IMG/VR virus record: IMGVR_UViG_3300032030_000077
Origin: an uncultured virus (IMG/VR IMGVR_UViG_3300032030_000077)
Lineage: Duplodnaviria; Heunggongvirae; Uroviricota; Caudoviricetes
Length of the DNA: 64,000 bases
Direction: 5' to 3' (one strand)
Of this stretch, positions 27,398-35,745 are shown piece by piece. Below the pieces are notes generated by a model that saw nothing but the letters and a program-made list of their open reading frames with translations, was not told the origin of the DNA and did no database searches. Positions within the stretch are counted from its first letter, which is position 1. Each line of letters opens with the position of its first letter. A program made the translations under genes and the position numbers.

Positions 27398-27554
27398 AAA
27401 AGAAAAGGAGTAAGAATAACTTGCATACTATTTCGCGCATATACAAACCCGTCTCTCGAACTACTTGCCGTATAGGTCTCTTGGGTATTAATTCCAAGAT
27501 AGCGCGTGCAAGAAACCTAGACTTTTATCGTCTAAGTTTTACCTCTTACTCTCT
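27398..27554 (-). ncRNA. Putative structured small RNA A (~155 nt)
   Basis: Closing stem GAGUAAGAG/UUCUUACUC; stems AAACUUAGAC/GUCUAGGUUU, CUUGCA/UGCAAG, CGCGC/GCGCG and UCUUGG/CCAAGA; no RBS or ORF. Confidence 0.7.
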
Positions 27555-27598
27555 CATTAAATAACTCATAAATTTTACGATTAAAAAAGGAAGAGGGC

Positions 27599-27832
27599 TT
27601 ATTCAGCCCTATCCTCCTTTTGTTCCTTTGTTTCTTCTTCGTCTTTAAACAAGTTCCCGATTGTTTTCTCCATAACTTTCGGCATTGCTTCGTCTAAATA
27701 CCAGTCAAGGACGTTTCCAAACATTTCCTTGTATCCAACAAATATCTTGAATACAACGAATGCTATGGTAATAAGTCCCATGGCACAAAAAGTTGCAGCC
27801 AAAGCTATTAAAGCTAATAATAGTTCGCTCAT
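27599..27832 (-). CDS. Early single-pass membrane protein (first early cassette)
   Basis: GGAGG RBS before MSELLL; transmembrane helix. Confidence 0.75.
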   Translation of the reverse strand: MSELLLALIALAATFCAMGLITIAFVVFKIFVGYKEMFGNVLDWYLDEAMPKVMEKTIGNLFKDEEETKEQKEDRAE

Positions 27833-27896
27833 ATTTTTTACCTCCATAAAAACAAACAATAGTTACCATAATACTATTGAATATTTTTACGAAGTT

Positions 27897-28103
27897 AAAA
27901 AAGAAAAGGGGTAAATAATTTTGCTATCAAATATCAACTTGGTATAGGAGTGGTGTAGGAATGTAGGAGGTTTTAGTGTTCCTAACCACTCTTAACCAAG
28001 TCTAAGAAAGGCCCATTTTACGGGCACTCTGCGTAGTTATCATGTTTTTATGATATGGCAGAATCATTTTCCATAAATTAAGGGAGGAGTGATAACTACG
28101 CAG
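27897..28103 (-). ncRNA. Structured 3' trailer of the late operon with anti-RBS loops
   Basis: Perfect 14-bp inverted repeat 28029-28042/28090-28103, short GCCC(G)U/AUGGGC hairpin, and a ~22-bp hairpin at 27937-28001; loops contain CUCCUCCCU and ACCUCCU. Confidence 0.55.
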
Positions 28104-28115
28104 TTTCTATTGGGT

Positions 28116-28310
28116 TTATGTAGGATTAGTGTAAGGATGGTCCAAGACTTCTATGAATGACTTGTATATACCATCCTTATCCATCCTAACATCGACTTTA
28201 TCCACGACCATCAATTGTACAGGACGTGGAATATCTTTTGGACCGTATTCAATTCCTTTTATGACAAAAGGCGTATCATACCTTAAGTCAACCAAGTCTT
28301 TGACTATCAT
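28116..28310 (-). CDS. Hypothetical protein
   Basis: 64-aa ORF, last of the late operon; weak RBS. Confidence 0.6.
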   Translation of the reverse strand: MIVKDLVDLRYDTPFVIKGIEYGPKDIPRPVQLMVVDKVDVRMDKDGIYKSFIEVLDHPYTNPT

Positions 28311-28313
28311 GGA

Positions 28314-28511
28314 TTACAGAGCTTCAATAGCAGCAACAAAATCAGCATAGGTTTCAGCGCCTTCTGCGAGAGTCTTAAGATCTGATACTCTTATAACAGC
28401 GTCTCCCTTGAACAGATCCTTGGGCTCGCCTACACTGAGATCGACACCTCTGTTAAGGAATTCAATCTTTCCAGTTGTTTTGTTTGTTCTTGTTTCTCCT
28501 CTTGCTGACAT
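28314..28511 (-). CDS. Hypothetical (possible head fibre/decoration-like) protein
   Basis: 65-aa ORF with AAGGAGG RBS. Confidence 0.7.
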   Translation of the reverse strand: MSARGETRTNKTTGKIEFLNRGVDLSVGEPKDLFKGDAVIRVSDLKTLAEGAETYADFVAAIEAL

Positions 28512-28557
28512 AATAATGTCCTCCTTTTATTATAAATATTAATAAGTAACAACTAAG

Positions 28558-29340
28558 TTAGTTTGCCGTGCGTCCTTCTGCTTTGCCAAAAATCACATAA
28601 TGCAGATAATACATCGGATTATTATCGCCATAAGCGGACGCAAGGTCAGGATAACGGTCCTTATAGATCTGAGGATTAAATTCAGCTGATGCCTGACGGA
28701 ATTCGTTCATGCCAAAAAGCTGGAAATGCAACCATAATGCGTTAGCATCTGCGCCGAAAGCACTCTTTAAATCTGGATACTTATCCGCATAAAAGGTCGG
28801 ATCAAATACCGGTGAATAGTCAAAACCATTTATAAAATATCCTTCGTTTACAGCAGGATTAATTATACAGCCTCTAAACTTGTACTCAGGTCCAGCACCC
28901 CAGTTTCCATTTGCATTGGTTCTTGTTTGCGTCCAGAAAGCATTCTTAGCGTTGTATCCAGATTCGCTTGTAATGATCTTATTTTCGTTGACAATCTTCT
29001 CGACAACACAGACGTGACCTGCGCCATCCTTACCACCTAAAGTGCTTCCTTTCTGCCAAACCATAATTCCACCAAGAGTAGGTTTGTTTGAAATTTTGAG
29101 TCCCATAGACATTGCTCTTTCAATAAAGTTCTCGGCATTGCACACAAGTTGATACTCTATACAGGGTTTTCCAATTATCTCTGCAAAACGCCCATTAGCA
29201 TATCCAACGCAATTAGCAAGTACCGTCGCTTTAGGATCGGTAGGTCTACCTTTACAAGCATCAGAATATCCACCATCAGCTTTGCGAATGTAGTAAGGAA
29301 TATTCTGTGGTTTGGTTGTTCTCATTGTAAATTGTGCCAT
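28558..29340 (-). CDS. Endolysin: CHAP domain plus C-terminal cell-wall-binding repeats
   Basis: ANCVGYA (Cys) and GAGHVCVVE (His); two F.P..Y...YPDL.SA(F/Y)G...LH...FG..E.R repeats. Confidence 0.85.
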   Translation of the reverse strand: MAQFTMRTTKPQNIPYYIRKADGGYSDACKGRPTDPKATVLANCVGYANGRFAEIIGKPCIEYQLVCNAENFIERAMSMGLKISNKPTLGGIMVWQKGSTLGGKDGAGHVCVVEKIVNENKIITSESGYNAKNAFWTQTRTNANGNWGAGPEYKFRGCIINPAVNEGYFINGFDYSPVFDPTFYADKYPDLKSAFGADANALWLHFQLFGMNEFRQASAEFNPQIYKDRYPDLASAYGDNNPMYYLHYVIFGKAEGRTAN

Positions 29341-29353
29341 ACGAGTCTCCTTA

Positions 29354-29569
29354 TCACATCCACCTATCATTTACTTCATCTTTCATTCGATTGAGAAGCT
29401 GCTGCTCTATAGGAACCATTTCTGCTTGACAAAATGGACAAGTGTCAAGGGTGACGTCTCCCATGACCACGGTCATAGCTTTTAGTTTGTGATGGCAGTG
29501 GCTGCACTCGATCCCCGCTCCCAGTTCCGCTAGGACATAACTCCACTTCGCTTTCTTCTGGTTCGGCAT
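29354..29569 (-). CDS. Zinc-ribbon protein overlapping the upstream gene
   Basis: CSHC...CPFC; GGAGGTG RBS. Confidence 0.7.
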   Translation of the reverse strand: MPNQKKAKWSYVLAELGAGIECSHCHHKLKAMTVVMGDVTLDTCPFCQAEMVPIEQQLLNRMKDEVNDRWM

Positions 29570-30044
29570 CTTTCACCTCCTCTTCCTCTTCTACAGGTTC
29601 GGCTACATCTGTAGAATAGACAACATCGTCGATCTTACCGTGAGAAACCCATCCGTCTATAATTGTGTATCCAATTCCGTTAGGGCTACATGTAACAACT
29701 TTACCGTCACCAACATATATGCCGATTCTTTCAGGCATAAATACCACTTCTCCAGGTACGATTTCCGAGAAATTCTTTGAAATATCATGGCAAAGATACA
29801 TAACCTCGCCTACAACACGACACTTGTATCCGCTGATCTCGGCGAACATTCCAAACTCGTCGTAAGCACGGGTGTCTTCACTTGCTGCAAATATAATATT
29901 GGTTCTCTTAGCGTTATATGGATTGGTTCCGGTGAACTTAAACTTGTTGTTCTGATTAAGAACCTGCCCATTTCCGCCTTTTACATAAAGAGTCTTCGAA
30001 GCAGCAAGTGCTTTAGCTCTTTCACAAATATCATTCGCTGTCAT
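29445..30044 (-). CDS. NlpC/P60-like protein, apparently catalytically degenerate
   Basis: A....TLYV.G, YDEFGM in place of DCSGL, and PGEVVF...RIGIYVGDG.V in place of HIGIY. Confidence 0.6.
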   Translation of the reverse strand: MTANDICERAKALAASKTLYVKGGNGQVLNQNNKFKFTGTNPYNAKRTNIIFAASEDTRAYDEFGMFAEISGYKCRVVGEVMYLCHDISKNFSEIVPGEVVFMPERIGIYVGDGKVVTCSPNGIGYTIIDGWVSHGKIDDVVYSTDVAEPVEEEEEVKDAEPEESEVELCPSGTGSGDRVQPLPSQTKSYDRGHGRRHP

Positions 30045-30252
30045 TAGGTTTTACCTCCTCTTTCTTCTTATACTGGATGTGAGATATCCCGAGCCAAGTG
30101 CCAAGCATAAAAGCTATTGCGTCGATAGTTCCAGCTATAGCATCAGCATAGGGAAGACCCCAAAGTGCAAATATAATTCTTATCGCACTAGCAAGTCCAG
30201 GAAGTCCAAGAATTGCAACCCATTTTAAACGGTCATACCATTTGTTACTCAT
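30031..30252 (-). CDS. Holin (Dp-1-like)
   Basis: MSNKWYDRLKWVA.LGLP.L......IF..WGLP...I.GTI.AI..MLG..LGIS; 2 TM. Confidence 0.8.
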   Translation of the reverse strand: MSNKWYDRLKWVAILGLPGLASAIRIIFALWGLPYADAIAGTIDAIAFMLGTWLGISHIQYKKKEEVKPNDSE

Positions 30253-30613
30253 GACTTTTCTCCTTTCTTATAGGTAAAGCGTCAATTGCATGCATCATGG
30301 CATCTCCGGATCCATTACCGCCAGCATTATGATAAGGAGACCAAAGATACTTTCTGAAATCCTCACGTTCATCTATCGTAATCCAGCCTCTACTCAAATA
30401 TCCAGATCCGACATGGATTATTCGATCATACGCCAATCCCATACATAAATTAGAAACTTTTTCTAAACGCTCCTCTATTTCTTTTAAATCTTCTGCTTTA
30501 TTCTTTTTCTTTTCGTCTTTTCTACTTATAAGAAATTGAACAAAAGCAAATAAACTTGAAATAGTAACGCCAACTACAGATGATGTTAGAATCACTGCTA
30601 TTGTTGGATCCAT
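30245..30613 (-). CDS. Holin-like/lysis accessory membrane protein
   Basis: N-terminal TM; DRI......YL.RG.IT...PYH..GGNG motif; position in the lysis module. Confidence 0.65.
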   Translation of the reverse strand: MDPTIAVILTSSVVGVTISSLFAFVQFLISRKDEKKKNKAEDLKEIEERLEKVSNLCMGLAYDRIIHVGSGYLSRGWITIDEREDFRKYLWSPYHNAGGNGSGDAMMHAIDALPIRKEKSHE

Positions 30614-30624
30614 TGGTATTCCTC

Positions 30625-32382
30625 CTATTCGAATGCGTCTTGATTATTCTTGTAAGCAATGAAAGCGTCCATAGAACTTGCTACAGGGTCAATCTTGGCT
30701 TCATAACGTTTCTTAAGAAGCTTACGGTTTCCATTTGTATCTTCCATAACGATGCAGTTACCCATGGCAAATTGCATTATCCCCTCATCAAATATCCATA
30801 GCTTTTCAAAAGCCAGCTTCTTGATCTCGCCAAGAGGTACAGACTCGGTTCTACTTCCCTGAATGACTTTCTCTATGCCAAAAGGCCCGTTCTCGGAAGC
30901 CCATCTCTCTACAAATTCTTTAGCATTATACGGGTCGTATCCAAAGCATCTGACATCGTATTCCATCTTTGTGATGAAATTGTCCAACTCGTCATAAACC
31001 TGCATTATGTCAAGAATTACACCGTTTAATACAATCAAAGATCCTTCATTAATAAACTCTTCATACTTGATTCGCATAGCCTGAGGAAGTTTGTCCAATG
31101 TCTTACTTGAAATATAATTCCTTGTCTTGATTGCAAATGCTCCGCCAGGTAAAGGGAACAAAAACGAGAACGAACAGAAGTCGTCACCCTGCGATAAGTC
31201 TGCACCCATAGCACATCCCATACCACGTAGTGAATGCAGTCTTTGCGTTTTTGTCTCTTCGTAAGTAAAGAAATAAGTGAAACCTTCCATAGGTATTCCA
31301 AATCTCTTTGCTAAAATATCATTTCTGGCGCTTGGAACATTTTCTGCTCTTTCTACTTCCTGCTGATATGTCTCATAGCTAACCGTCTTTCCAAGATTCG
31401 GATTTGCTTTAAGCCACATTTCAGGCATACCGACCTCGTCAAGACTGTCAAGCTTATACCACCATATGCTTACATGCGGATTATAGTATTCACCACGTAA
31501 TATCTTTGTAAGCTCAATCTTAATGTCGTCACCAGGGCCATTTCTTACAGTACCTTCCGACGAAGTTGATACTATAAGCCAATGACCGTCGCCCTGCATT
31601 GCATTCTTAGCACAAGACTGCTCCAAAGGTGTCATAACATCTTCTGAAATAGCTCCAGAAAGCCACTCATCAATTGTAGCTATCTTACATCTGCTACCCT
31701 GAAGCTTATCAATATCCATAGGAACCGTTTCAAGCTTAGAATTCGTCAGGAAATTCTGTATTCCAAGTTTTGTAGAAGCCAATTTAGGTCTATTAGCTCT
31801 ATTTCCTGTTGTATTTTGAATTGATCCTGCAGTTAGGAACTTAAACACAGGTCCTCTAGCACGAGTTATAGCTGTCTTGAGCGAAGACATAACCTCGTCA
31901 GCCTGTCTAATGGTCGGTGCTGTAGTAACCTGATTTGTGGTTGACCTATCTGCCACCAGATAGTAGCCGTGAATACAACTCTCATACAGGGTTTTTGCAG
32001 CACCTCTTCCTATTATTAAGTACTGTTTGTTTATAAGTCGTGTTTTAACCTGTTTCTGGACGTAATGTCCACCTGTTCCATCAGGGTTTTTCTCGAATAC
32101 AGAGCGTTCTATAAAGTAATACCATCCAAAGATCTGTTCCCCCCACAACTTGAACGTGTCAAGCAAATATAAATCAGATCCGTCGGTTAAGGTTAATTCT
32201 CCTTCGCAAAATGCTATCCACGCCTCAACTGCTCGATCATCATAGTAAATATCCGGGTCACGTATAAGTTCATCAATTCTATTCATCTCCATTGAGACTT
32301 CCCTGTTAACAGGTATTTCTCCTCTTAATACCGCATCCCGGAATTGACCGTAATAATACGGTGTTGCAGTGTTAGATAGCAT
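30625..32382 (-). CDS. terL: Terminase large subunit
   Basis: Walker A GRGAAKT, Walker B ATIDE, nuclease GADLS.GDD, GYDPYN and KIDPV. Confidence 0.9.
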   Translation of the reverse strand: MLSNTATPYYYGQFRDAVLRGEIPVNREVSMEMNRIDELIRDPDIYYDDRAVEAWIAFCEGELTLTDGSDLYLLDTFKLWGEQIFGWYYFIERSVFEKNPDGTGGHYVQKQVKTRLINKQYLIIGRGAAKTLYESCIHGYYLVADRSTTNQVTTAPTIRQADEVMSSLKTAITRARGPVFKFLTAGSIQNTTGNRANRPKLASTKLGIQNFLTNSKLETVPMDIDKLQGSRCKIATIDEWLSGAISEDVMTPLEQSCAKNAMQGDGHWLIVSTSSEGTVRNGPGDDIKIELTKILRGEYYNPHVSIWWYKLDSLDEVGMPEMWLKANPNLGKTVSYETYQQEVERAENVPSARNDILAKRFGIPMEGFTYFFTYEETKTQRLHSLRGMGCAMGADLSQGDDFCSFSFLFPLPGGAFAIKTRNYISSKTLDKLPQAMRIKYEEFINEGSLIVLNGVILDIMQVYDELDNFITKMEYDVRCFGYDPYNAKEFVERWASENGPFGIEKVIQGSRTESVPLGEIKKLAFEKLWIFDEGIMQFAMGNCIVMEDTNGNRKLLKKRYEAKIDPVASSMDAFIAYKNNQDAFE

Positions 32383-32394
32383 AGTAACCTCCCT

Positions 32395-32703
32395 TTACCA
32401 ATACAAGCTAAACACGTCATGTTGCAGGTTATCACTCACGTAATGATTGTCGTACTTAATCATCTCAAAGCTCTCAACAACCTGCTTAATTATGTCCGGA
32501 TCAGGATCATAACTTATGTAAGTGAGTGAATATCTTGGAACAAATTTAAAAGTTTTATTGTTTGCGTAATTGTGATTTGCAGACCCTCTTGTAAACACAA
32601 AACAAGGATAAGTCATGTGATAATTGCTAGGAGGCTGAAAATATACGTTATCGGAACCGAGTATTTCTTTAAGCTTGTTTTGAAGAGCTAGCGTTGTTCC
32701 CAT
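32395..32703 (-). CDS. Tail terminator / tail completion protein
   Basis: NVYFQPP..M.YPC motif; overlaps the head-closure gene. Confidence 0.65.
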   Translation of the reverse strand: MGTTLALQNKLKEILGSDNVYFQPPSNYHMTYPCFVFTRGSANHNYANNKTFKFVPRYSLTYISYDPDPDIIKQVVESFEMIKYDNHYVSDNLQHDVFSLYW

Positions 32704-33025
32704 CTCTATATTCACCTCCTATATTAATTGTAAGTCTAGGCGGCTCGACAGTTATTTCCTTAACTTCCCATTTTCGTCCTCCCCATTCAATCCATTTCAT
32801 ATTAAAGAAATTCTCATTAGCAAACGGATCACTTATGACTGAAAACTGGTTGTTAATGGAAATATCATTGTTAACCTTATCGCCGTTATCGTATCTTTTT
32901 ATTAATCTATTAACATCTCCATAGTAATGTCGTTCTACAATCTTAGGTCTCCAGACGGTAGCTTTATTTTCGCCAAGAGAAACCTCAACCTGGGTCTCAA
33001 ATCCAATTTTTCCATGCCACTTCAT
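32669..33025 (-). CDS. Head closure (stopper) protein
   Basis: KW.GKIGF...YYGDV...I..DPFA...W.G.KW.V..I.V.PPRL; SPP1 gp16-like size and pattern. Confidence 0.65.
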   Translation of the reverse strand: MKWHGKIGFETQVEVSLGENKATVWRPKIVERHYYGDVNRLIKRYDNGDKVNNDISINNQFSVISDPFANENFFNMKWIEWGGRKWEVKEITVEPPRLTINIGGEYRDGNNASSSKQA

Positions 33026-33037
33026 TTGAGTCCCTCC

Positions 33038-33448
33038 TTACCATAATCTAGTGTCGCCGGGCATTCGTTCGTTGAAATAATTTATTGGAAGCATGCTTTC
33101 GTCGCCATAATGGATAGCTTGATGTGTATTGAAACTAACGCAAATCAAGTTCTCCAAATCGAATAATGCCGGGCTACGATCCAAAATATCTTTCTCGGTT
33201 ATCGGATTGATATGATGGATGTAGACCCGGTCATTAATCTCAAACCCTTCCATACCTAAATCGCATCCATTATCGCGGATGATGACGCGGTTACGTACCG
33301 ATTTCCATTCAGGCGATCTGTAATAAGCTTGATTTAAATATCTGTGAGAGCCAAAGGTCTCTTCTGCTACAATCCCTGACTGCTTAAGGTATTCATAACG
33401 TTCTTGAAAGGTTGGAAAGGTTATGAGCTCTGAATAAGAAAGTATCAA
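33038..33448 (-). CDS. HNH endonuclease (packaging-associated)
   Basis: W...R..VI.RD..C...VYIHHI.P...ENL..V...H..IH. Confidence 0.85.
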   Translation of the reverse strand: MILSYSELITFPTFQERYEYLKQSGIVAEETFGSHRYLNQAYYRSPEWKSVRNRVIIRDNGCDLGMEGFEINDRVYIHHINPITEKDILDRSPALFDLENLICVSFNTHQAIHYGDESMLPINYFNERMPGDTRLW

Positions 33449-33873
33449 CTATGTTTGAGCGATTCTATAGCGTCAACGTAAGCCATGCGTTCCTTATCAT
33501 TCTTAGCATTATTCATCATATGCTCGAGCTTATAAATCATTTCTTCTTTTTCGTCATGCCCACCATAACTGTTACGACCATTACTACGATTATTTTCATA
33601 TCTCATATTATCGTAACTGTTTTCATATGAATAACTATCACGATACATTCCGGGGTATCTGGACATTCTTCTTGTAGAATATCCACGATTCTCCATAGAG
33701 TACATGTCGTCTTCCTGACCGTACTCCTTCATTGCACAGATTGTTTCGATATCCTTAAGAATATCAACGGCGTCACCCAATGCCTTAATCTCGGTAGGAG
33801 TGATTTCACCTTTACTAGTCACTTTATCGATTTCTCTTTCGATAACAGACTTGAGATTATCTAAACTGTTCAT
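33445..33873 (-). CDS. Hypothetical protein of a conserved accessory cassette
   Basis: 142 aa; Y/S/R-rich middle; GGGAGGAG RBS. Confidence 0.75.
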   Translation of the reverse strand: MNSLDNLKSVIEREIDKVTSKGEITPTEIKALGDAVDILKDIETICAMKEYGQEDDMYSMENRGYSTRRMSRYPGMYRDSYSYENSYDNMRYENNRSNGRNSYGGHDEKEEMIYKLEHMMNNAKNDKERMAYVDAIESLKHS

Positions 33874-33887
33874 CTCGAACTCCTCCC

Positions 33888-34343
33888 TTATGCTATTCTA
33901 TCTACAGTAATTGACGCATTACGTCTAATTCCAATAGACGGTGTGGGTGTAGTAGCAGGATCATCTTCTGTTCCATCTACATAAACTGCTGATACAGATA
34001 CACAACATCCACAAGGTACTGTAATAGGTGCATCAGTGTTTATAAACTGATACTCTTCTACAGCTGCCGGCGTTATGATTGCAACGCTTTCAGGGATTAT
34101 TGATCCGTTTACAGTTATACCTATAGCTATAGGAGTGACAGCTCCACCAGTAGGAATCTTAACATTTGCCTTAACTTTTACATTGTATCTGGCGAATCTG
34201 TTAGGAGTATTGCCTTTCAGATTAAGAACCCCAGCTGCAAGAGGAACAACATTACCACTATTGCAAGGGATAGAAACAGTGCTAAATGGAATAGTTCCAT
34301 TGAGAGCAACTGTTACGTCGCTCGCTGTTAAATATTCTGCCAT
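33888..34343 (-). CDS. Beta-sandwich (BclA-C/C1q-like) hypothetical protein of the accessory cassette
   Basis: MAEY start after AGGAGG; beta-rich; PCGCC motif; fold is an inference. Confidence 0.65.
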   Translation of the reverse strand: MAEYLTASDVTVALNGTIPFSTVSIPCNSGNVVPLAAGVLNLKGNTPNRFARYNVKVKANVKIPTGGAVTPIAIGITVNGSIIPESVAIITPAAVEEYQFINTDAPITVPCGCCVSVSAVYVDGTEDDPATTPTPSIGIRRNASITVDRIA

Positions 34344-34358
34344 AGTCAATACCTCCTA

Positions 34359-35069
34359 TTAGTTAAAAAAGGTATTTCCGTTGCATCCGCAGTTTCCATT
34401 GTTACGGCAAGTAAAGATTGGCTGCTCGCCATATACAGGAACTGTTCCTACAGGGCACTGATTGAGACGATTGTAAATATCATTTACGATGGTTGCATTC
34501 TGCTGGACCTGAGAAGCCTGTCCTCTAGCATAGAGGATTTCCTGACGAAGCTGAGAAATCTCATCATTCTTAGCATCGATCTTATCCTGGCAAAGCTGAT
34601 CCTTAATAGACTGAATACCACCATTAATTGTGTTAAGGAGAGACTGGGTATTCTGCGTATCATTTGCACGAGTAGCACATGCTTCACTTGCAATGGTAGC
34701 GCCAAGATTAGCAGTAGCAAGTCTATTTTCACAGCAACAATTAGCAAGCTGACTTGAAATATCAAAAGTCTGCTGCATGTTTGCAACCTGGAGATTGGAG
34801 ACACCATCACGTATGGAGTTAATATTGTCATTGATCATCTGATCCCTGAAACCGCCGTTGACCTGGTTTGCCTGATTCATCCAAGGATAGATTTCTCCTG
34901 ATCCGCCGCCGAAGCCGCCCCAGCCGTTATTGCCCATAAGAGCAAACAGGAAAAGGATAACCCACCAGCCATCGCCGCATCCAAATCCGCCGAAGCCACC
35001 GTTACCACCGTACATAGGACCTACAGGCATAACCATTCCATTTCCAGCACCATTTTCAGTAAGAGACAT
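34359..35069 (-). CDS. Gly-rich, coiled-coil, Cys-tailed protein of the accessory cassette
   Basis: GGFG..WW.ILFLF..GWG, QLANCCCE, CGC tail. Confidence 0.8.
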   Translation of the reverse strand: MSLTENGAGNGMVMPVGPMYGGNGGFGGFGCGDGWWVILFLFALMGNNGWGGFGGGSGEIYPWMNQANQVNGGFRDQMINDNINSIRDGVSNLQVANMQQTFDISSQLANCCCENRLATANLGATIASEACATRANDTQNTQSLLNTINGGIQSIKDQLCQDKIDAKNDEISQLRQEILYARGQASQVQQNATIVNDIYNRLNQCPVGTVPVYGEQPIFTCRNNGNCGCNGNTFFN

Positions 35070-35218
35070 AATTTTTTCTCCTTTATAAAAATATAAATTG
35101 GTTAATAAGTTACTATATCACTCGTGCGTGCCCGAGCAATAAATAAAGTTAAGGTGTCTCCTTTCCTGAATAGACTATCTATAATAACTCTGATATTAGA
35201 GTTTTTATTGATTTACCC

Positions 35219-35728
35219 TCAATCTGTTGTGATATATGACCCCGAAACAAACACGATTTCACTGCTATTTATTGTTCCTACGTTGAGCTGAACTTGTTTT
35301 GCTGAAATAGTAGCAAAAGTACAAGACATTTTCGTAGAAGCGACAACCCCCAAAAAGTCATATCTTGAATCAGGCGTCCACGGTAGAGTGAAAACCACAT
35401 CGGATGGTGCAAGGGCTGAAGTGGAAGTAAAGGCTATTGTAAAAATAACCAACTTCCCCATCTTCTTAATTGTCTGAGTGTTTATGGTTACTTTCCCTGT
35501 TTCTCCTGTTGCTGTTCCACTTGTTATGAGTAACAAATCATCAAGTGCATCTGCTACTGTTCCGCTGCCATACGACACATTCTCTGCCGAAATATCAACA
35601 TAATCTTTATCAGTGCATTCCCAATAAGTTGGTCTTTCACTAACAGGAAGTGCTAAATACTCTGCCATTGTCATTTTAGGAAGTGTATTAGCACCGCCTA
35701 TTAAAATTCCATTTACATAATAAGCCAT
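35219..35728 (-). CDS. Tail fibre/receptor-binding-like protein
   Basis: MT.AEY.AL motif and beta-rich C-terminus (K.GKLV..., F.LP..P). Confidence 0.6.
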   Translation of the reverse strand: MAYYVNGILIGGANTLPKMTMAEYLALPVSERPTYWECTDKDYVDISAENVSYGSGTVADALDDLLLITSGTATGETGKVTINTQTIKKMGKLVIFTIAFTSTSALAPSDVVFTLPWTPDSRYDFLGVVASTKMSCTFATISAKQVQLNVGTINSSEIVFVSGSYITTD

Positions 35729-35745
35729 GATTGCACCTCCTTTAC

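Larger units (their letters stand above)
25482..27892 (-). promoter_or_regulatory. Cluster of eleven 26-nt phage promoter motifs
   Basis: Copies at 25482, 25815, 26029, 26290, 26521, 26921, 27095, 27215, 27372, 27555 and 27867 (left coordinates), most directly downstream of the previous unit's U-tract. Confidence 0.8.

Noticed and set aside
26998..27564. 188-aa plus-strand ORF
   Set aside because: It has no RBS, runs antisense across promoter repeats and structured RNAs, and its repeated peptide (SLKDAKILR) is just the translated promoter.
27095..27580. Near-identical 26-bp repeats resembling a CRISPR array
   Set aside because: The spacers are 94-157 nt, unequal and self-structured; the repeat is non-palindromic and occurs genome-wide ahead of genes; there is no cas operon (the Cas4-like nuclease is a common phage gene).
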